Positions 58,245-64,000 of a stretch of 64,000 nt of DNA are shown here, piece by piece (the stretch's first letter is position 1; every line of letters starts with the position of its first letter). The translations under genes were made by a program, and so were the position numbers. The DNA is taken from contig JAETNS010000006.1 in NCBI GenBank assembly GCA_021772015.1, positions 82,098 through 146,097 on the forward strand, given 5' to 3'. Below the pieces are notes generated by a model. That model made no database searches, had not been told where the DNA came from, and worked only from the letters and a program-made list of their open reading frames with translations. This DNA is from Prevotellaceae bacterium. GTDB taxonomy: Bacteria > Bacteroidota > Bacteroidia > Bacteroidales > Muribaculaceae.

Positions 58245-58463
58245 TTGTGTGTTGTTGGGGATGGTGACCGCAGGGAACAGGGAGCGTTCCGCAGGGATGC
58301 GAGGGGTTTCGGTGGCACATTTTTGTGCATCCCGAAACATACCCTTGCATCCCCAACTAACCCACTGACGTGAATTAGTTGTGCGCTGACGATAACCGCT
58401 CCCTGCGGTCGGGTTAATATTATAGGATTTCAGTACACCCGGTGTACCGGTACACCGTTGGAT

Positions 58464-58955
58464 TTATAGTTTGCGCCAAATTTCGATGTCGTCGGCGTAA
58501 ATGGCGAAATGGTGGCGGAATATTGATTCAGCGAATCCGGCAACGGTGCTTCTGTGGTCACCGAGGATACGGGCGACACGCTCCAGTTTCCGCCACATCT
58601 CGACCGAGATTGTTATCTGGTGTCGGTCACATATTGTAACCGGCGAGAGGAATGTTGTCCTGTATTCCTCGTAATCGAGTCTGCGCTGCTGTTTCCCTAT
58701 GCGCTGTTGTTTGGGTTGGGTGGCTGACACTATTTCCTCTGCGAACAGCGTGTTGGAAGTGGTGCCGTTATCGGCGTTTTTGAGATTGTCGCTGTCGGTG
58801 CTGTTATCAGCATTATCGCTGTTGACAGCAGTATTTTGGTTGTCTATATTATCGGTAGTCATAGTTTTACTTGTTTTTGATGTTGATACTTGGGTTGATG
58901 CCGTATCGGTCAACTCGGTTGACTTTGATGCGGGTGTTTTTGATTTTGTTGCCAT
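58464..58955 (-). CDS. DUF3408 domain protein
   Basis: 'YEEYRTTFL', 'KLERVAR', 'FAESIFRHHFAIY' C-terminal domain, common in Bacteroidales elements. Confidence 0.72.
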   Translation of the reverse strand: MATKSKTPASKSTELTDTASTQVSTSKTSKTMTTDNIDNQNTAVNSDNADNSTDSDNLKNADNGTTSNTLFAEEIVSATQPKQQRIGKQQRRLDYEEYRTTFLSPVTICDRHQITISVEMWRKLERVARILGDHRSTVAGFAESIFRHHFAIYADDIEIWRKL

Positions 58956-59007
58956 ATCTTGAATTTTAGTGTTGACTGAAAATTTGATTTTATGTCTTGT
59001 GGAGTTT

Positions 59008-59057
59008 TTAGTTCGGGTTCAACTCACATATATACACCCGGTCTGAACTGAACCTAA
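59008..59057. repeat. Palindrome with a CATATATA centre, copy 2
   Basis: TTAGTTCGGGTTCA ... TGAACTGAACCTAA directly after the AAA ATPase stop. Confidence 0.6.
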
Positions 59058-60092
59058 TCAGTAGTAAAAATCGGGGTCGTATTTATAGGCTCCGTTGGAT
59101 CTCACTATCATCCGCTTGTTCATCAGGAAGGATTTGAGCTTCGTCACCTTTCCGTCGCCGTATGGGAATCCGCAGGCGGCATAAGCCTGTTTGAGCCTGT
59201 CCTCACAGTTCTGACAGCCCTTTATATCACCGTCGGCAAACGCTATCTCAAGAGCCTGACGGTGCTGTTCCGGCGTAAGTTCCGAGTAGGAGAATGTCTG
59301 AACCTTCTGCTGCCGGGCGAAGGTGTAATCGGCGGCTATCTCCGGCAAACCGTGTTCATTGACACTGAACGCGAATGGCGGGAAGTCCATAGAGCGGATA
59401 CAGGATGCCAACACCTCGGTAACATCGCTGTCAGTCGTGCTTTTGCTGACCTGTAACACCGTTTCAGCCTTGTTGTTAAGCTCCGTGCCGACATGACCGC
59501 GAACATTGTCATCGCTCTTGTTGAGGTGCAGAACCGTGTGGATGTGGATTTGGTATTTGTCAGTCCATTCCATCAGTTTGTTTATGAGCCTTGATGATTC
59601 TATGGCGTTGTTGATGTCAAACATCAGGTCGCGTATGCCGTCTATGATTACCAATCCGACATTAGGGGTCGTGGCAATGGCGTTGTCGATAAGTTCAAGC
59701 CTCACATCGGGTGTCAATGCCCGAAACTGGGCAAAGAACAGGTTGTCGGGGTGACTGTCAAGCGACAGTCCGGCAAGCTGTAAGGCGCGTTTCATCACCC
59801 GCTGGCAATGATGGGGGCTTTGCTCGGTGTCGAAATAGAGGATGTTGCGCTTGTCGTCGGGAAATTCGGTTATGTAGCGCAGCACCTCCCCGTTGGTGAG
59901 TGCGGCGGCAAGTATTGCGCTCACATTGAATGTCTTTTTGCTCTTTGCCTTTCCGGTCGATGCCGAGAAGTTGCCGAGTGTGCCGATTACCGAGCCGTTG
60001 CAGAAAAGAACCTCCGGGGCTTTCGCAATCTCATCGGTGATTTTGAGCTGGTGTGTCTTCCACAGCCTGTTAAGTTCGGTCGCCTCCATCAT
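59058..60092 (-). CDS. AAA_25 / RepA-like SF4 helicase-type P-loop ATPase
   Basis: 'TGKAKSKKT' Walker A, 'YFDTEQ', 'VIIDGIRD', 'VLHLNK', 'RGHVG'. Confidence 0.85.
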   Translation of the reverse strand: MMEATELNRLWKTHQLKITDEIAKAPEVLFCNGSVIGTLGNFSASTGKAKSKKTFNVSAILAAALTNGEVLRYITEFPDDKRNILYFDTEQSPHHCQRVMKRALQLAGLSLDSHPDNLFFAQFRALTPDVRLELIDNAIATTPNVGLVIIDGIRDLMFDINNAIESSRLINKLMEWTDKYQIHIHTVLHLNKSDDNVRGHVGTELNNKAETVLQVSKSTTDSDVTEVLASCIRSMDFPPFAFSVNEHGLPEIAADYTFARQQKVQTFSYSELTPEQHRQALEIAFADGDIKGCQNCEDRLKQAYAACGFPYGDGKVTKLKSFLMNKRMIVRSNGAYKYDPDFYY

Positions 60093-60403
60093 TTTCCACG
60101 TTCAATTATCAGACGCTCGATGTCGGCCTGACGGTAGTGTACCTTGCGCCCGATTTTAACCGGGACAAGATACTTCTTGCGCTGCCAGTTCCAGAGGGTG
60201 GTGTCGCATACCCCGAATTTCTCCATAACCTCCTTCTTGGTGAGCAACGCCTCCTGAGCCGCGCTTACCATAAGCGGGAGCAACTCCGCCTTTGAAGCGG
60301 CGATTGTCTGCTGTACGAGAAATAAGAGATCTTCGGGCGTTACGCTTAGCGTGATGCCGGAAACTCCGCTGTTGATTAACTCTAAAAGATTTTGCATAGG
60401 CAA
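60089..60403 (-). CDS. Excisionase-like HTH DNA-binding protein
   Basis: 'LLTKKEVMEKFGVCDTTLWNW', 'KIGRKVHYR'. Confidence 0.82.
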   Translation of the reverse strand: MPMQNLLELINSGVSGITLSVTPEDLLFLVQQTIAASKAELLPLMVSAAQEALLTKKEVMEKFGVCDTTLWNWQRKKYLVPVKIGRKVHYRQADIERLIIERGK

Positions 60404-60686
60404 TTACAATGCCGCCGGATTGTTAACTGGCTAAGCGATTTTGGCGGCGTTAGAAACCGTTTAGCCACCGCTCCATCTGGAAACGGCGATGCAAAGATAA
60501 TGGGCAACTGCCCGCTTTGCAATAGCTAAAACGCTTCATATCAGCAAAATAAATTCGTTTAATTTCGTTGGCGTAATTAAACGAATTAAACGAACTGAAT
60601 CGCAATAAATCAACATGGCTGAAAACGACAAAAGCCACCCGACCGCAACGGTCAGATGGCTTTGTTACGATATAATTCCGCGCAGA

Positions 60687-61655
60687 TTATGCCGCGAAAT
60701 GCAGTCTTATGTTTTCAAGATTTTTCCTGTCCTGCCCCAAGTCAATCATGCGTTTGCCTCCCAACATCGGGGTTACGAGTTGCTGATGGGCTTTCTGAAC
60801 ACCCCGCAGTCCGACAAACTTATGTTCGGGATAATGTTCCGACAGGGCGTTGTGGAATGTAGTGATGTCGCAACTGCCGATGTGGGATTCTTCCTGCAAG
60901 TAGATATAGAGCATGGCGATGTCGCTGCCGCTTGACCGGAATTTGATGAACTCCGATATTTTTCCCTTCATCCGGTCGGTGTCGTTAGGTATGAGCGTGT
61001 CGAGTGATGCCCGGATTTTCTTCCTGCCACGTTTGAGCGGTTCTTTTCTCTCGTCGCCGATTTCTCCATTGTTCGCTTCGGAATTGGTGGGTTCTTCCTC
61101 CATCTCATCAATAGCGGAATCGGTGACGGGTATCATACTACCCATAGATTTTTGAACCTTGCGGAAATGTTCCCAGTCCTCTTTGGTGCGGTGTTCGTTC
61201 TTGATGCTGCCTTTGATTGCGGCATATATGACCACGCGGGCTTTCAGTCTGTCTATGAAGCTGCTGTTCTTGTCCTGTATGGTTTCCTCGTTGTAGGCTA
61301 CCATCATTTCCCAACTGTTGCCGAAATACAGCCATGCCAGCATCACCGGAACAATGGATTCGGGTCGCTGCGACTGAAATTCATCCACCATCTTGGATGC
61401 AATGTCGGCATCGGTCAGGAATTTTTCAATGGGGCTTAGATCCTCGTTGTCCTTGTCAGACAATTTATTCATTACTACTTTCGCATATCCCGGAGCCACG
61501 AACTGGGCGTACTGAAATATGCGTATCAGTCCTGTACGGTCGCGTTTGCTCACTTCCTCGACAAAGGCGCAGTATTCCTCGCGGTGGGTGTCAAGCCACA
61601 GCCTGACCATTTCCTTGAATTTCTCGTGTTTGATTGTTTTGGGGAGTATCTTCAT
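60687..61655 (-). CDS. Hypothetical protein (DUF6043-like, assignment from recall)
   Basis: 322-aa ORF at the element end, co-oriented with the replication/mobilisation module. Confidence 0.65.
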   Translation of the reverse strand: MKILPKTIKHEKFKEMVRLWLDTHREEYCAFVEEVSKRDRTGLIRIFQYAQFVAPGYAKVVMNKLSDKDNEDLSPIEKFLTDADIASKMVDEFQSQRPESIVPVMLAWLYFGNSWEMMVAYNEETIQDKNSSFIDRLKARVVIYAAIKGSIKNEHRTKEDWEHFRKVQKSMGSMIPVTDSAIDEMEEEPTNSEANNGEIGDERKEPLKRGRKKIRASLDTLIPNDTDRMKGKISEFIKFRSSGSDIAMLYIYLQEESHIGSCDITTFHNALSEHYPEHKFVGLRGVQKAHQQLVTPMLGGKRMIDLGQDRKNLENIRLHFAA

Positions 61656-61819
61656 AATGTGTGGGTGTATGTGCGGGCATACATAGACCCGCGACAATCA
61701 AAACTCCCTACGCCCCGATTTGGTTCACAGCAAGACTTTATTAAAAGATGTTAAAGAATTTAATTTTGATTTATTGAGTTGGATACAGCGTCATTCAGTA
61801 CAGTTCAAAAGCACATGGC

Positions 61820-61856
61820 ATAGTGACTTTTATAGTGACTTGTTTTAACAGTGACT
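61820..61856. repeat. Arm-type repeats at the right end of element A
   Basis: ATAGTGACTTTTATAGTGACTT (one mismatch versus 49795-49816) plus a third CAGTGACT. Confidence 0.7.
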
Positions 61857-61907
61857 AAATGAAAAATCGCTAACAATCTACAAGTTAGATTATTAGCGAT
61901 TTTAGAG

Positions 61908-61920
61908 GTGGTGCCACCAG
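61908..61920. repeat. att core direct repeat, copy 2 (GTGGTGCCACCAG)
   Basis: Identical to 49665-49677 and preceded by the hairpin AAAATCGCTAA...TTAGCGATTTT. Confidence 0.8.
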
Positions 61921-62164
61921 AACGCGAGTTTGTGAATATTGATGAATGAAGATGAAAGTTGATTGAGCGCAAGACGCTGAAATATAATACAATATGAATT
62001 TTAGTCAATTTTGCGGTTTTCGTATTCGTTCATAAAACGTGGTGACCTGCGTGGTGACCCGACTTGACAAATGGCGGTTTGAGTTGTTATATTTGCAGAA
62101 CCGAAGTGACTGACTGTGAACGATTGCAAACGTCACCATTCAAATTTTTACAAACATAGAAAAT

Positions 62165-63628
62165 ATGGCAACAACTCCCTCCGCAAGAAAATTGACCCCG
62201 TTTTATGTCCGCACAAAGGACTTGAAGAAAAATACCGCGACCCTGTTCATCCGCATACATACTCGCAAGATTGACGTGCTTGTTTCGACAATGCTCCAAA
62301 TTGAGGTATCGGAATGGCTCAAGGCTACGGCATCCCCGGCGGCATGGCTCCGTCACCAGAAGAAGAATTACCAGTTCCATGCGAAGCTCACGCAGATTGA
62401 AGGCATTGTCAAGGCTCATCTTGACAAGACCAATTTTGACCGTGAGGCTCTCGACATGGATGTACGCTATATTTCCGAGCCTGAAAAGGTGGAGGCTGAA
62501 CGCCGTGCAAAAGAGGAAGCCGCAGAAGCCGAGCGCAAGGAACAGGCGAAGAAAGAGGCGGCCAGAGAAAAAGCCCGCAGACGTGCCGAGGAAAAGAAAC
62601 GCATCGAAGATGAGAAGAACCGTCTTATCTGGCCGTTCCTGATTCAGTTTGTCGAGGACATCAAGAGTGGCGCACGCAAAATCGGCAGCGATGACTATGC
62701 GCCGGGAACCGTCAAGGCGTGGAAAAGTTTTATCGGTGTCTATGAAGGCTTCGACCCGATGCACCAGTTCGGCTGGGCTGACATCAACCGTGTTTTCGTA
62801 ACCCGGTACATCAACCACTTGCAGAAACACGGCTATATGGCAAAAGTGGTCAACAAGCATCTGACAAATCTGAAAGCGTTGATAAATGCCGCTTTCACCG
62901 ACGGAGTTCACGACAACCAACGTGCCGCCTCTCTGATTGTCAAGAAGAAGATTGAGGACAGGGAAAAGGCGGTTGAAATCTATCTGACCGAATCGGAATT
63001 GCAAGCACTCTATGAAATGCCGCTGACCGGAAAGAACGACCATATCCGTGATGTTTTTCTCATCGGTTGCTATACCTGTCAGCGTGTGAGTGATTATAAC
63101 AATCTCAATGCCGACTGTTTCGAGACCACCCGCCGAGGCACACGCATCATCCGCATAGTCCAGCAAAAGACAAAGACCGAGGTGACCATCCCGATTCTCA
63201 ATGACAATCTGATAGCAATATGCGAGAAGTATGGCTACAACATTCCGAAAGCCAACGAGCAGGTGTTGAACCGCTACATCAAGAATATTCTCAAAGATTT
63301 ATCGGAAACCATGCCGACGCTCAAAGATAAAGTGCCGACCAAGCTCACGATGAAGCAGAAGGAGGCATTGAGGAAAGAGGGCAAGGAGGCGGAAACCGAC
63401 CTTAACGGCAACGTGATTGTTCCCCGCTACGCCTGTGTGACAAGCCACACCGCCCGACGCACCGGAATCACCAATATGTACCTCAGCCATCGATACACGA
63501 TGCTCCAGATGATGCACGTCAGCGGACACAAGACCCAAAAGACATTCATGGAATACATCAAGCTATCTTCCGAGGAGATTGCCGACGAAATCGCCGCAAT
63601 GTCAAAGAAAGAGAATGAAATGTGGTGA
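62165..63628 (+). CDS. Tyrosine integrase of element B (paralogue of the 49875 integrase)
   Basis: 'GCYTCQRVSDYNN', 'SHTARR', 'VSGHKTQKTFMEY'. Confidence 0.93.
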   Translation: MATTPSARKLTPFYVRTKDLKKNTATLFIRIHTRKIDVLVSTMLQIEVSEWLKATASPAAWLRHQKKNYQFHAKLTQIEGIVKAHLDKTNFDREALDMDVRYISEPEKVEAERRAKEEAAEAERKEQAKKEAAREKARRRAEEKKRIEDEKNRLIWPFLIQFVEDIKSGARKIGSDDYAPGTVKAWKSFIGVYEGFDPMHQFGWADINRVFVTRYINHLQKHGYMAKVVNKHLTNLKALINAAFTDGVHDNQRAASLIVKKKIEDREKAVEIYLTESELQALYEMPLTGKNDHIRDVFLIGCYTCQRVSDYNNLNADCFETTRRGTRIIRIVQQKTKTEVTIPILNDNLIAICEKYGYNIPKANEQVLNRYIKNILKDLSETMPTLKDKVPTKLTMKQKEALRKEGKEAETDLNGNVIVPRYACVTSHTARRTGITNMYLSHRYTMLQMMHVSGHKTQKTFMEYIKLSSEEIADEIAAMSKKENEMW

Positions 63629-63689
63629 GGACGGCAATAAACCACTCAGCAATAGTGACTAATCCAAAATAAATTCGTAATTTTGTATT

Positions 63690-64000
63690 ATGTTAACGGC
63701 ATCTCAAATACAGGAACTGGTTAAATGTGGTGAAGGCTATAATGTAGACTTCAAACGCAGTGTGCCATCTAAGGTCAAAGAAATATCCGAAGAGGTAGCT
63801 GCCTTTGCCAACGCAGCAGGTGGTTATGTTCTTATTGGAGTAGATGATGACGACCGAATAATCGGTGCCGAAATTGATAACAATAAGCGTTCGGCCATTC
63901 AGGATACGATTGGAGAGATTTCTCCAGCGTTGAAATGTGAATTTTATCCTGTCAATGTCGAAGGCAAAAAAGTATGGGTTGTAGATGTACCAAGTGGTAA
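63690..64000 (+). CDS. AlbA_2/Schlafen-like domain protein, 3' truncated (not in the supplied ORF track)
   Basis: Manual translation: MLTASQIQELVKCGEGYNVDFKRS...VAAFANAAGGYVLIGVDDD. The frame is open to the window edge. Confidence 0.8.
   Translation, partial: MLTASQIQELVKCGEGYNVDFKRSVPSKVKEISEEVAAFANAAGGYVLIGVDDDDRIIGAEIDNNKRSAIQDTIGEISPALKCEFYPVNVEGKKVWVVDVPSG

Larger units (their letters stand above)
49665..61920. mobile_element. Integrative mobilisable element A (NBU/mobilisable-transposon-like, ~12.2 kb)
   Basis: Bounded by 13-bp direct repeats, with near-identical 22-bp arm repeats inside both ends. It carries an integrase, relaxase, MobC, DUF3408, AAA ATPase and excisionase-like HTH, and no T4SS genes. 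Confidence 0.88.
61908..64000. mobile_element. Left end of a second integrative element B (truncated by the window)
   Basis: att core, GTGGTGACC repeats, TATATTTG promoter (62088-62095) and a paralogous integrase. Confidence 0.8.

Noticed and set aside
62087-63166. 359-aa minus-strand ORF
   Set aside because: Antisense shadow of the element B integrase.
1-64000. CRISPR array, rRNA, reverse transcriptase or intact IS transposase
   Set aside because: I found no regularly spaced repeat-spacer run, rRNA signature, YxDD RT motif or DDE/HUH transposase ORF by eye.

Overview
A window from a gut Bacteroidales chromosome, probably Muribaculaceae or a relative (inferred from gene content, TAnnTTTG promoters and C-terminal secretion tails). 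Positions 1-41.6 kb are mostly GC-rich core and accessory chromosome. They hold a left-truncated GLUG-motif surface protein, an uncharacterised coiled-coil protein followed by a ~340-nt highly structured non-coding region, tRNA-Gln, a polysaccharide lyase-GH88 fusion, a GH2 gene interrupted by one in-frame stop, tricorn and S41 peptidases, sugE plus a Nim-like gene, fba, trpS, two paralogous secreted proteins flanking a DUF4105 gene, rpsU-xerC-hpf, a topoisomerase A subunit, a two-gene restriction-modification islet, an amidase and a LysR-ThrE locus. From ~41.6 kb to the end the DNA is lower in GC and mobile. It has three parts: an integrase-less cargo block of small detoxification/resistance-type genes with repeated palindromic boundary sites and a 169-nt rod-like leader; a complete ~12.2-kb mobilisable integrative element between 13-bp direct repeats resembling the tRNA-Phe 3' end; and the start of a second related element. 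The best novelty candidates are the protein plus structured RNA unit at 2969-4238, the repeated palindromes at 41674 and 43442, the rod-like leader at 49179-49347, and the attP-like arm-site geometry around the att repeats. No CRISPR array or rRNA was seen. All family assignments come from motif recognition by eye; no database searches were run.
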